Assembly (NCBI GenBank): GCA_052327205.1 | Contig: CM126202.1 | Location: 165,292,001 to 165,356,000, forward strand | Length of the DNA: 64,000 nt | From: Somniosus microcephalus | Lineage: Eukaryota | Direction: 5' to 3' | Part shown: piece by piece, positions 1 through 10,415 of the stretch | Layout: each line of letters starts with the position of its first letter | Numbering within the stretch: position 1 is the first letter of the stretch | Position numbers and translations under genes: made by a program | Notes under the pieces: generated by a model | What the model saw: only the letters and a program-made list of their open reading frames with translations | Told to the model about the DNA's origin: nothing | The model's database searches: none

Positions 1-291
1 GTGGATAACCTTATAAATACAGTTGAGATCACGTTATGTGGGTGTGCATCATGCCCCCTGCACAGCTTGGAGACACGAAACCTGGAAGTCAAAATTAATT
101 GGTACAATTGAGTTGAGATTGCAGAATCTGACCCGCTCAGTTGAATTCCGGGTTTCTCCCATGCAATTCCACCCCACCTTCGCTTGGAAGCCTCCTTCAT
201 ATTAACATCGGGGCCAATGTTTCGAACTGGTTCTTAATACAATGGCAGGACTTTGTCTTTAATTCTGGCATCCACCATTTCAAATTTGCAG

Positions 292-384
292 TCTACAGAC
301 TACTTAATCACTTGGACAGCTTGTTTCAAGCAGAGAGATTTAAAAAGTGGATTCAGTCAAGCACAAAAGAGGATAACTACAGGA
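292..384 (+). other. Candidate host-gene exon (unassigned)
   Basis: tttgcAG acceptor at 290-291, GTGAGT donor at 385, 93 nt, open phase 1-1 frame (xYRLLNHLDSLFQAERFKKWIQSSTKEDNYR); not recognisably TE-derived; no homolog recognised. Confidence 0.25.
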
Positions 385-1349
385 GTGAGTAACACATCCT
401 CACTTGGTTTGTTTGAGGATGTAACTAAATACATATATTACACTAACAATCTCTCTGCAAGAACCACCATATTTCATCCAACCTTCTCCCCTCCTCCCAG
501 GAATGCAGCTGGGTTGATTTTCTATCAGGGCTTCACTGCTACATAACATTTCACAGCTATTAAGTAGTGGCTGCTTCCCTCCTAAATTTCATTCTAATTG
601 TTCTTATCTCTTAAGTGTCTGTTAAATTATGGAGTTTGTAGTTCTGGTTTCAACTAATAGGCGATGGTAGAAGGTAGTGGATACGGCACTGAGTACTAAG
701 ATGAACTTGGTTTTCTAAACATAGAACTGCAGCAGGTACTCGGATGTCAGTTCCAGTGACTAGTTTGGGCTCTTTCTCTGATTATTTTGTTGGTGGTGTA
801 TAATTGACTGGTGTACTTTTCTGGCTATTACATAGGTAATTGTATGTTTAAAGTACAACATGTCCAAAGCAAATGTCAATCTGATATGCACAGAGATACA
901 TGTATTGTAACAAAGTATTATTAAATAGAATCTGCTTCCACTATTAATATCCTTGTCAGTTGTTTAGAAGCAGAGATTATTTTTGCATGTTCATTCTAGG
1001 TATAGAGTTGGTTAGTTTTTATTGTAGTAAGTTGCTTTTTAAATATTTTATATAAATATTTATAATTTTCACATAAAATTTGGAAATTATACTTTTGCAA
1101 AGCTTTTAAAAAAAATATTGTACCTATTGTACCTCCTACATTTAACAAACACTAGTAACTTGTGGAACATGGTGTATCAATCTGCTGTGCTGGAGGTTGG
1201 TTGGACGTGTTAATGTCATGAACCGCCAATATGTCAAGTTTGTGATCTGACCTATATGACAGATCACAAGGGGCAATGCAGGTTCCACAACTGCGTGCTG
1301 CACTGTTAGGGTCCTTCTGGATGCCCCACTGGCCCAAGCACATTTGGAT

Positions 1350-1710
1350 TGTTTACTTCCAGTTTACTCCCCTACTCCCTTGAAGGTGTTGAATCCTTAT
1401 TGGAGTATTGCTCCACCCTACCTGCCGAAGTGGTCAATCTTCATGTGTAAGTCTAGACAGTGAATATTGGTAGGCTATTTAACCACAGGACCATCATAGC
1501 TCTGGAGAATGTACGCACACACTTACTTGCAGAAGAACCCTGGCTGACTTGTTCCCTTGCCTAACTCAGAAGTGCTAGGGCAATTCTAGAAGCTCTACTG
1601 TCATGCTTGTTGAGATCAATAAACTCAGCTCAGGTCAGCAATCAAATCTGGAACCTTCTGATCTGTCTGACTCAACTACTCACTATATTTCTCTGCTGAG
1701 CCATTGGGGA
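1350..1710 (-). mobile_element. Old tRNA-derived SINE-like repeat
   Basis: Minus-strand A-box-like TGGCTCAGCAG near 1700; shares internal motif ttgg(t/c)aggctattt with 51030-51555. Confidence 0.4.
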
Positions 1711-2260
1711 AGACACCTGTGCCATTTTATTTGAACAATTGAATGATTGTTGCCAAATGCATTTTTGGAAGAAAACTTTAGATCAAGTGATTTCTGTACT
1801 CCACACACACTGACATGTTCATACTAAAAGTGGTACAGAGTTTTCAGTATTTTTAGTCAGTATATAGAGCTATTTGTGAATAATGTATTTCAGCACTTGG
1901 GCCTAGAAATTAAGTATAGCCACTTTTGGGGCGGTAAAGTCGGGCGGCCGCTAAAGTTTGCGCCCGGCGCAAAGTCACGCCCCCTTCGCCGATATTCAGT
2001 CGCAACGCCCCAAGAGGTTGCTGCTGCGCTAAAACAGGCGATGCACGACTATCTTTAGGCGCTAAGCCGGCGGTGCTGAGCGATACCACCGAGGCCGGGC
2101 GCAGCGCAGGTGCGGCGAGTTTTTGATTGACGGCAGACACTCTGGCGCCGGTCAGCTCTTAAAGGGGGAGGGTCGATTTGTTTGCCTGCCACGCCCTGCA
2201 CACTGCAGCCATCAACCTAGGCCTGACCACTTCAGCTTCACCTGTGCAACGCCCAGGACT

Positions 2261-4315
2261 ATGGAGAAGGCCAGGGAGAGAGCGCAGCGCTTCAGCGACG
2301 GTGACCTGAGGGTGCTGGTTGGCGGAGTGGAGCGCAGGTGCCATGTTTTGTACCCAGAAGGTGGCAAGAGGCCGCTGCCCAGCGCCTACCGGAAAGCCTG
2401 GAGGGAGGTGTCCAACAGGGTCTCTTCCAACAGCGTGGTTGCCAGGACTGCTGTGCAATGCTGCAAGAAGTTCAATGACCTCACTCGGGTTGTCAGGGTG
2501 AGTACCCTTTCCAGTGTCCTCCTCATCCTTGCATGTGCACCTCACATTATGGGCAAAGGGACCTGAAAGCCCTAATGGCCAGCCCTCATCCAGCAGCTAT
2601 GGGACTGGCATGAAAATCACTTGCACATTCAGCACTTTACACACTGTCCAAGCTATTCGACCATGGGAGGCAGTGCAGACAAGATCAGGGCTACACACTG
2701 TACAAGCTATTCGACCATGGGAGGCAGTGCAGACAAGATCAGGGCTACACACTGTACAAGATATTCGACCATGGGAGGCAGTGCAGACAAGATCAGGGCT
2801 ACACACTGTACTTAGAGGCCGTCCTTTCTCTTGCAGGCCAAGGTTGCGCACAACCGGCGCAACCAAACTGAGACCGGGGGAGGCCGTCCTGACATCAAAG
2901 AGCTCTCCGACCTCGACCAGCGTGTGGAGTGCATTATGGGAGGCCGGCTGATTGGCCCCGTCGCCACTGGAGATGCCGACCCTGTTCTGGGCACCAATGG
3001 TAAGGGCATGACCTTTTGGACCTCTCTCGTTCCACTTGTGCATCAGATCAGCATCCTTTGCCACTGTCCGACCAATGCGGTGAATGGCACCACTCATGCC
3101 TCCCTCGCTGCCGCCCTGTCCTCACTCTAAAGCTACTCTTGTGCCTTCCTGCTTTCAGATGGTGAATCACCAGGTGAGGAGGCGGGCCCTCAAGCTGCCA
3201 CTGTCAGCCCTTCGGAAGACGAGGAGGAGGAAGAGGAAGCCGGCCCATCAGTGCCACCCTCAGCCGCGCCAGCCCATGCCGATGTAGGGGACACGTCTTC
3301 CCTGGAGGGGAGCCGGGGGGAAGGGTCGGAGGAGAGTGAAGCTCCGGGGCCCAGCGGCCTGCAGCAACGCGGGAGGGGTGGGGAAGCTCGGCGGACTTCT
3401 CCCCAGAGGGTGAGTGTGGCCTCCAGTCCTGCGACAGTCAGCGCAGAGGAGGTGCGCCTCCTAGAGGAAATGGCCGTCCAGGCTGAGCGCAGGCACACTG
3501 AGCTCATGGCTGCAGTGGCAAGGATGCCTGACTCCGTAGAGTCACTGGCAAGGAGTGTGCAGGAATTCGGGTCAGCACAGGCCAGGAGTCTGCAACATTT
3601 CAGTGCAGCACAAGCCAGGAGTCTGGAACAATTCAATGCAGCACAGGCCAGGAGTGTGCAGGACATCAATGCAGCACAGGCCAGGAGTCTGGAACAATTC
3701 AATGCAGCACAGGCCAGGAGTCTGCAGGACATCGCGGCAGCACAGGCCACGAGTCTGCAGGACTTCACGGCAGCACAGTCGGCTTCTAGCCAAGTGCTCA
3801 GTCGTGCCGTCCATTCACTGGCTGGTGTATTGCGGACACAGACCAGGGCCACACGGGCACTAACTGCTGCCACCCTCGCTGGATCAGCCAGGCCTCGCCA
3901 GGGCACTCGCCGTGCAGCAGCAGCCCAGCAATCTGTCCTTCAGCTGGTTGCTGCGCATGCTGCACTGCTGGCCCGTGCGAGTGCCAATGTGTCAGGCGAC
4001 CAGCGAGCACCTGCGATCTGCCAGGTTGCCACCATTCCTGCAGCCGACACTGCCACTCCGCCATTGCAGCTGCCACGAGCTGCTGGACAGACTGCTGCCG
4101 CCCAGCCACAGTTGGAGCAGTCAGCAGCCGGCCACTCCAAGGCCAGAGCTGGTGCAGGCCGACCCCCAAGGGCATCTGCCGTCTCGCCAGCTGCCCCTCA
4201 GCAGCCTTCCCCCAGCCTTGCTGCAGCCACTGGGCTCCCATTGAGGAGGAGCAGCAGGGCGGGCAGGGGCCAGGCAAGGATGCGCAAGGCATCGCCCTCG
4301 CAGGGCAAAAAGTAG
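2261..4315 (+). CDS. Harbinger Myb/SANT-like DNA-binding protein, join(2261..2497,2837..2999,3159..4315), 518 aa
   Basis: MEKARERAQRFSDGDL...AWREVS...RTAVQCCKKFNDL trihelix signature; canonical GT-AG junctions (AGG|gtgagt, ttgcag|GCC, G|gtaagg, tttcag|AT) join into one open frame with the ETGGG motif, acidic run and helical repeat. Confidence 0.9.
2638..2811. repeat. 54-bp tandem repeat (~3.2 copies) in Myb intron 1
   Basis: Unit tacacactgt(c/a)caag(c/a)tattcgaccatgggaggcagtgcagacaagatcagggc starting at 2638, 2692, 2746, 2800. Confidence 0.95.
3550..3780 (+). repeat. 33-bp coding tandem repeat (11-aa units, ~7 copies)
   Basis: FxAAQARSLxx units in the Myb protein; nucleotide unit gcagcacaggccaggagtctggaacaattcaat. 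Confidence 0.9.
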
Positions 4316-4374
4316 AGGTATGCACAAATGCCTGGTGCTTGTTGGAAGGCTGACACTTGTGCAGTTGTTTGGGT

Positions 4375-4523
4375 GTAAGGCCGAGACTGGTGTCTATCTT
4401 TATTTGTGTAAGGCCGAGACTGGTGTCTATCTTTATTTGTGTAAGGCCGAGACTGGTGTATATCTTTATTTGTGTAAGGCCGAGACTGGTGTCTTTCTTT
4501 CTTTTTGTAAGGCCGAGACTGGT
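4375..4523. repeat. 33-bp tandem repeat (~4.5 copies) between the convergent genes
   Basis: Unit gtaaggccgagactggtgtctatctttatttgt starting at 4375, 4408, 4441, 4474, 4507. Confidence 0.95.
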
Positions 4524-4588
4524 ATTTTTGTGTTTTTGGAGGGGGCTTCTCCACATGAGCATGTAATGTGGGAAGGGCAGAGGTTTTC

Positions 4589-4594
4589 AATAAA
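4589..4594 (+). terminator. Putative polyadenylation signal of the Myb gene
   Basis: AATAAA followed by GT-rich sequence, ~270 nt after the stop codon. Confidence 0.55.
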
Positions 4595-5426
4595 TTGTTG
4601 TTGTTAAATTGCAGTGTGCATGGTTTTTTGGTTAAGTCCTGGTAGCCCTGCTTGGCGGAGGGCTTGTGGAGCGGCTACATTCATCTGCTGACATTGGCAC
4701 AAGCCAGTCCCTGAGAGGGGGCCTAGAACCGACGTTCAATAAGCCGGCGACGGGCGGCCCTTGCACTTTGTGCCTCCCTCCTGTGCTGGTCCTCCTCCTC
4801 CTCCTCCTCCTCCTCCTCCTCAGGTGGTCCTCCAATCTCTGGTGGCAGTGGCTGAGTCCTGCGGATAGCCAGGTTGTGCAGCATGCAGCAAACGACGATG
4901 AAATGGGAGACTCGCTCTGGCGAATACTGCAGTGCTCCCCCGGAACGATCGAGACAGCGGAACCATTGCTTCAGGACGCCGATTGTTTGTTCGATGATGT
5001 TCCTGGTCAATTGATGGCTCTCGTTGTATCGCTCTTCAGCAGGGGTGCTGGGCGCACAGAGCGGGGTCATCAGCCAGGTACACAAAGGATAGCCTTTGTC
5101 CCCGATAAGCCATCCTCGTGGGTGAGGCTGGGCCTGGAACATGTCTGCCACAGAAGTCTGTCGGAGGATGAAGGCATCGTGGCTGCTGCCTGGAAAGCGG
5201 GCATTGACAGCTAGGATGAGCTGCCTGTGGTCACACACCAGCTGTACGTTCAGCGAATGGTAGCCCTTCCAGTTGCGGTAATCCTCGGCATTCTCCAGAG
5301 GTGCCCGCAAAGCCACATGCGTACAGTCAATGGCGCCCTGCACCATGGGGAAGCCCGCGAATGCTGCAAAGCCCATTGCACGCTGTTGCTGCTTGGCAAG
5401 GGCCACGGAGAAGGAGATGAACTGAC

Positions 5427-5680
5427 TGTTGTGTATGTAACCGTTTACCTTTAAGGGAACTATAGAATGTAACCGTTCGCCTTTAAGAGCACTACTTTAG
5501 GGTGGCACTATTTATTGGCTCATGTATACTGTAATACCGATAGTGACCACACCAGTATATAAGGGTTGGAATACGTTAACTAGGGCAGAAATCGCCCAGA
5601 CCTCTGAATAGTAAAGACCTGTTTTGTTTGTACTTCTAAAGTCTCTGAAGTTATTTACTGCACAACCTACAGACTTTACA
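5427..5680 (+). repeat. 5' LTR of Gypsy A
   Basis: TGTTGTG...TTTACA, repeated at 10162-10415; contains TATATAA and AGTAAA. Confidence 0.96.
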
Positions 5681-5681
5681 G

Positions 5682-5691
5682 TGGCGACGAG
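5682..5691 (+). promoter_or_regulatory. Primer-binding site TGGCGACGAG (tRNA-Ser type)
   Basis: Directly after the 5' LTR; complementary to a tRNA 3' end ...CTCGTCG-CCA, as in vertebrate tRNA-Ser(GCU). Confidence 0.75.
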
Positions 5692-6524
5692 TCCGATCGT
5701 ACCCTGCGGCAAGACTAACCAGTAGCAGAGAGCTTCAAAAAGAAAACACGAGGCTCCGTCTACTAAAAGTATAGTACTTACTGGAAGCTGGAAGATTAAC
5801 AGCAAAGCTGCGGCAGCAACAGGCACAGATTACCCTGCTACCACATCTTGAGCGAGCCAATCAGCCTAAAACAAGGCGGCCGAAGAGACTGTGAGTAGTT
5901 AAAACAAATAAATTAAAAAAAAAAAAAAACGGGGTAGAAGTATTTGGAGGAGAAGGGCAAAGCATTCGGGTCCAACGGCGTCGGGTGACAGCCGGACCGC
6001 GGGCAATGTGAGAAGCCGTGCAGCAACCGCTGCCACGAAGCGCTGAGCCTGCGAGTAGGCGCGGGAGTGTCAGAGCCGAGAGCCGCGCGAGCGGGGGAGC
6101 CAGAGCCGAGCGGGAGGCGTTGCAAGCCAGCGATCGCATCTCCAGATAAGGGCCGAGAGCCGCGAGAGCGATCGGATCTACAGATAAGGGCCGGCAGCCG
6201 CTTCACGATCCAGCGATCGCATTATAGATAAGGGCCGCACTCGGGCTGACAGACGGCGTCGGGGGACCGGGTGAAGACCGCCAAGCGCGGGAAAACCGCC
6301 ATTGAAGTGGGCGGGGAGAGCGCGAAGCGCGGGAAAGCCGCCATTTTTCGGGGAAAACCGCTGAAGAAGAAGGAAGAAGCGGGAAACCGCCATCTTGGAA
6401 ATTATTAAGAATTTCAGAAAAGTAATAAGATTTTTCAGAAAGGCTGGTGTGTTCTCAAGAAGAGAAAAAAAAAAAAAATTAATAATAAGTAAAGAAATAC
6501 TTGTGTTGTTCTCGAGAAGAGAAG

Positions 6525-9500
6525 ATGCCTAAACGAGGTAATATCACCAAATGCTATCGTTGTGGGAAGTCAACACACGACCAAAAGCAATGCTGGGGTA
6601 AAAACCAGGAATGCTGGAAATGTGGCAAGATCGGGCACATAGCTAAAGTGTGCCGGTCAGGAACGACGTGCAACAATAATGAGTCCTCACAAAAATGGGA
6701 CAGAAAGGTACATGACGCAAATAGGAAGAGTCTGAAGGAACAGAAGTCGGACACACACGCCAAAGGCAGAGGACTGGACGGTCTAAGAATTCACAACGTG
6801 AGCAATGAAGCCGACCGTCAAACTATTTGGATAACGCTACCGATTGAAAAGGTCCCAGTAAAAATGGAAGTGGACACCGGATCGGCGTTGACGGTCATGA
6901 ATAAGCATGACTATCAAAAGTTTTTCAAGCATATTCCACTACGGAATGCGGATCTGATACTGAAGACATACACGGGGCAAAAAGTATTCCCCATCGGGAA
7001 GATAGAGGTCAAGGTGAAATACAAAGATAAAGTTCACCACCGGTTGGAGCTGTATGTGTTGTCTGAGGGAGGCCCACCACTTCTGGGACGGGAGTGGATC
7101 CGGAAAATAAAGATGGATTGGCATGCACTAAACACCATGACGGTGGAGCCCGAAAAAGAGGACGTCAAACCTGAACGGTTGGCCAGAATATTAGACGAAG
7201 CTAAAGAGGTATTCCAGCAAGGACTGGGAAAGCTACGAGGTATTAAAGCAAAGGTCAAGATTGCAGAACATGCAAGCCCAAAGTTTTGTAAGGCCAGGTC
7301 GGTACCGTATGCAATACGACCAGCAGTGGAGGCAGAACTAGAAGAACTTGAACGATCAGGGGTTCTGTCAAAAGTAGACCACAGTGAGTGGGCCACGGCC
7401 ATTGTACCTGTCATGAAATCCTCACCAAGTAGTAAGCCAGGGGGACCGGGGAAGGTCCGTATCTGCGGGGATTTCAAGATCACAGTGAACCCGATGCTTC
7501 AGTCGGTACAATACCCGCTGCCAAGGATTGAAGATATTTTCGCTTCGTTGGCTGGAGGAAAACACTTCACGAAGATAGACCTAGCTCAGGCATATTTACA
7601 GATGGAGGTTGAGGAAGAGTCACGCCAATACCTAACTATCAATACCCACAGAGGGTTGTACCGTTATAACAGACTGGTCTTTGGAGTGGCTTCGGCACCA
7701 GCAATTTGGCAGAGGGCCATGGAACAGGTGTTACAAGGAATTCCAAGCACGCAGTGCTATTTGGATGATATCCTAATCACGGGAATGGATGAAGAGGAAC
7801 ACCTCACGAATTTGAAACTGGTACTCACCAGGTTAAAGGAGTATGGCCTTAGGGTTAACCGCAATAAGTGTGAGTTTTTCCAAAAACGAATCTCATACTG
7901 CGGTCATATCATTGACCGCGAGGGACTACATAAATCACCGGAGAAGATAGAAGCAGTCGTGAAGGCTCCCGCTCCAGGGAACGTGTCACAGTTACGATCA
8001 TTCTTGGGGTTAATCAATTACTACCACAAGTTCCTACCAAATTTGTCCACGGTGCTGCATCCACTGAATGAGCTGTTGCGAAAGGAGACACCATGGAAGT
8101 GGAGTGAGGAGTGCAAAAAGGCTTTTCGCAGAAGCAAGGAGTTGATTACCTCTGAAGAAGTGTTGGCTCATTTCAACCCAGCATTACCCCTTCGGCTGGC
8201 GTGTGATGCTTCACCGTACGGAATTGGAGCAGTACTTTCGCACAGGCTACCAAATGGCTCGGAAAGGCCAGTGGCTTTTGCGTCCCGATCTTTGACACCC
8301 GCGGAGCGAAATTACGCCCAGATAGACAGGGAGGCCCTCAGTCTTGTGTGGGGCGTGAAGAAATTCAACCATTACTTGCAATGTAAGAGGTTCACATTGC
8401 TGACAGACCACCAGCCGTTGGTGTCCATATTTAACCCGAACAAGGCTGTGTCCAACATGACAGCACAAAGGCTACAAAGATGGTCAGTCTTACTTGGGGC
8501 ACACCAGTATGATATTGAATACAAACGGTCCAAGCAACATGGAAACGCTGATGGGCTATCACGCTTACCATTGCCAATGGTAGAAGAAGCGAGGACAGTA
8601 GACCCAGTAGAGTTGTTCCACTCATCAATAGTGGAGTGTTTGCCGATCACGAACTCAATGATCGAAAATGAGACAAGGAATGACCCGACTCTTTCACGAG
8701 TCTATGACTTAACGGTGGAGGGATGGCCAGCGCAGTGCGAACCAACACTGCAAGCATTCGCACAGAGGAAAGCACAACTGTCTGTGTGTCGAGGAACCCT
8801 GATGTGTGGGTCTAGAGTGGTGATTCCACCCAAACTCCAAAAGAAAATACTCAAGGAGCTGCACGAAGGACACCTGGGGGGCGTAAAGATGAAGAACCTA
8901 GCTAGGGCGTTTGTGTGGTGGCCAGGCATCGATGGGGACATAGAGGAGATAACGAAGAATTGCCTAGGATGTCAGAGGGTTCAGAACGTGCCACCACAGG
9001 CTCCTCTGCACCCATGGGAGTGGCCCTCATCTCCCTGGCAAAGAGTACACATCGACTTTGCGGGGCCTTTCATGGACTCGATGTTCTTAATAGCGGTAGA
9101 TGCCCACTCCAAGTGGCCGGAAGTAATTAAGATGACCACCACCACGACGGAAAAAACCATTACGGTGCTAAGGACAATGTTTGCGCGGAATGGTCTGCCA
9201 GAACAGGTCTGTTCCGATAATGGGCCGCAATTTGTGTCTGAGGAATTTAAGAAATTTCTAAAAAGCAATGGGGTTAAACATTACACATCAGCCCCATACC
9301 ATCCCGCCTCCAATGGACTGGCTGAAAGATTTGTCCAGACCTTCAAGAAGGCCATAAAGGCCATGAGTAATGAAGACATAAGTTTACAGCATAAGGTGGA
9401 TAGCTTTTTGTTGGCCTATCGAAATGCAACACATGCGGTCACGAATCAAACTCCCGCAATGATGTTTTGCAATAGACGCCTAAGATGCCGGCTGGATTTG

Positions 9501-9950
9501 CTCAAACCAAACGTAAGAAGGGACGTAGAGAACCGGCAATTCCAGGGCATGAATGAAAGGGCCACCAGATCTTTCCAGATGGGGCAACAAGTTTTGGCCC
9601 GGGACTACCGTACGGAGAAATGGCAGCCTGGAACTATTAAAAAAAGGCTAGGACCGTTGATGTACACGGTGGACATTGGGGACAAGGTAATAAGGCGCCA
9701 TGTTGACCAGATCATAGGGTCCGCCACAAATGAGCAGCCGACTTCACCACCTTACCCGAGTAATGTTGAAACTGAAGTACCCAGAACACCTACTTCTGAT
9801 CTAGTAATACTAGAATCAGATAAACCTGACACTGTTGTTCCAGCTGAATCGACTTTACCAGAGACACCTACTGGACCGCTGGGAATGACGACACCACTGC
9901 GGCGTTATCCGGACAGAATCCGGAAACCTCCACAGAGACTGAACCTGTAA
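6525..9950 (+). CDS. Gypsy polyprotein: 2 CCHC knuckles, protease, RT, RNase H, integrase (no capsid)
   Basis: Single open frame from ATG 6525: CYRCGKSTHDQKQC, CWKCGKIGHIAKVC, VDTGS, YLDD, CDASPYG, HEGH...CLGC, HIDFAGP, SDNGPQF, NGLAERFV. Confidence 0.95.
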   Translation: MPKRGNITKCYRCGKSTHDQKQCWGKNQECWKCGKIGHIAKVCRSGTTCNNNESSQKWDRKVHDANRKSLKEQKSDTHAKGRGLDGLRIHNVSNEADRQTIWITLPIEKVPVKMEVDTGSALTVMNKHDYQKFFKHIPLRNADLILKTYTGQKVFPIGKIEVKVKYKDKVHHRLELYVLSEGGPPLLGREWIRKIKMDWHALNTMTVEPEKEDVKPERLARILDEAKEVFQQGLGKLRGIKAKVKIAEHASPKFCKARSVPYAIRPAVEAELEELERSGVLSKVDHSEWATAIVPVMKSSPSSKPGGPGKVRICGDFKITVNPMLQSVQYPLPRIEDIFASLAGGKHFTKIDLAQAYLQMEVEEESRQYLTINTHRGLYRYNRLVFGVASAPAIWQRAMEQVLQGIPSTQCYLDDILITGMDEEEHLTNLKLVLTRLKEYGLRVNRNKCEFFQKRISYCGHIIDREGLHKSPEKIEAVVKAPAPGNVSQLRSFLGLINYYHKFLPNLSTVLHPLNELLRKETPWKWSEECKKAFRRSKELITSEEVLAHFNPALPLRLACDASPYGIGAVLSHRLPNGSERPVAFASRSLTPAERNYAQIDREALSLVWGVKKFNHYLQCKRFTLLTDHQPLVSIFNPNKAVSNMTAQRLQRWSVLLGAHQYDIEYKRSKQHGNADGLSRLPLPMVEEARTVDPVELFHSSIVECLPITNSMIENETRNDPTLSRVYDLTVEGWPAQCEPTLQAFAQRKAQLSVCRGTLMCGSRVVIPPKLQKKILKELHEGHLGGVKMKNLARAFVWWPGIDGDIEEITKNCLGCQRVQNVPPQAPLHPWEWPSSPWQRVHIDFAGPFMDSMFLIAVDAHSKWPEVIKMTTTTTEKTITVLRTMFARNGLPEQVCSDNGPQFVSEEFKKFLKSNGVKHYTSAPYHPASNGLAERFVQTFKKAIKAMSNEDISLQHKVDSFLLAYRNATHAVTNQTPAMMFCNRRLRCRLDLLKPNVRRDVENRQFQGMNERATRSFQMGQQVLARDYRTEKWQPGTIKKRLGPLMYTVDIGDKVIRRHVDQIIGSATNEQPTSPPYPSNVETEVPRTPTSDLVILESDKPDTVVPAESTLPETPTGPLGMTTPLRRYPDRIRKPPQRLNL

Positions 9951-10148
9951 ACTGTTTCCACTAAGAGTATGTTGCAACTGTTCCTACGGAGACTGAATCT
10001 GTGATCTGTTTTGACATGAAGTTATATATGTTATTATGTTATGTTAAACATGAAGTTATATGACGTTGACTCCATCGAGAGTATATCTGCAAACTGTCTA
10101 TATAAGTTGAAGATTGTATGTTTAACGGGATTCTGTAAGTAATAAGCT

Positions 10149-10161
10149 AGAAAGGGAGGAG
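10149..10161 (+). promoter_or_regulatory. Polypurine tract of Gypsy A
   Basis: AGAAAGGGAGGAG immediately before the 3' LTR. Confidence 0.85.
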
Positions 10162-10415
10162 TGTTGTGTATGTAACCGTTTACCTTTAAGGGAACTATAG
10201 AATGTAACCGTTCGCCTTTAAGAGCACTACTTTAGGGTGGCACTATTTATTGGCTCATGTATACTGTAATACCGATAGTGACCACACCAGTATATAAGGG
10301 TTGGAATACGTTAACTAGGGCAGAAATCGCCCAGACCTCTGAATAGTAAAGACCTGTTTTGTTTGTACTTCTAAAGTCTCTGAAGTTATTTACTGCACAA
10401 CCTACAGACTTTACA
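10162..10415 (+). repeat. 3' LTR of Gypsy A
   Basis: Matches 5427-5680; followed by TSD CTGAC. Confidence 0.96.

Larger units (their letters stand above)
5427..10415 (+). mobile_element. Ty3/Gypsy LTR retrotransposon (Mag-like), recent, capsid-deleted
   Basis: 254-bp TG...CA LTRs with no difference found by eye; 5-bp TSD CTGAC (5422-5426, 10416-10420); PBS, PPT; PR-RT-RH-INT order. Confidence 0.96.

Noticed and set aside
4375-4523. CRISPR-like array (also 2638-2811, 33872-34143, 47877-48095)
   Set aside because: Head-to-tail repeats without unique spacers, no cas genes, eukaryotic context
3190-4590. Long antisense ORFs over the Myb gene
   Set aside because: Shadows of GC-rich, 33-bp periodic sequence
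6501-6524. ORF-track start at TTG 6501
   Set aside because: ATG 6525 matches the gag start of Gypsy B (MPK-G-I)
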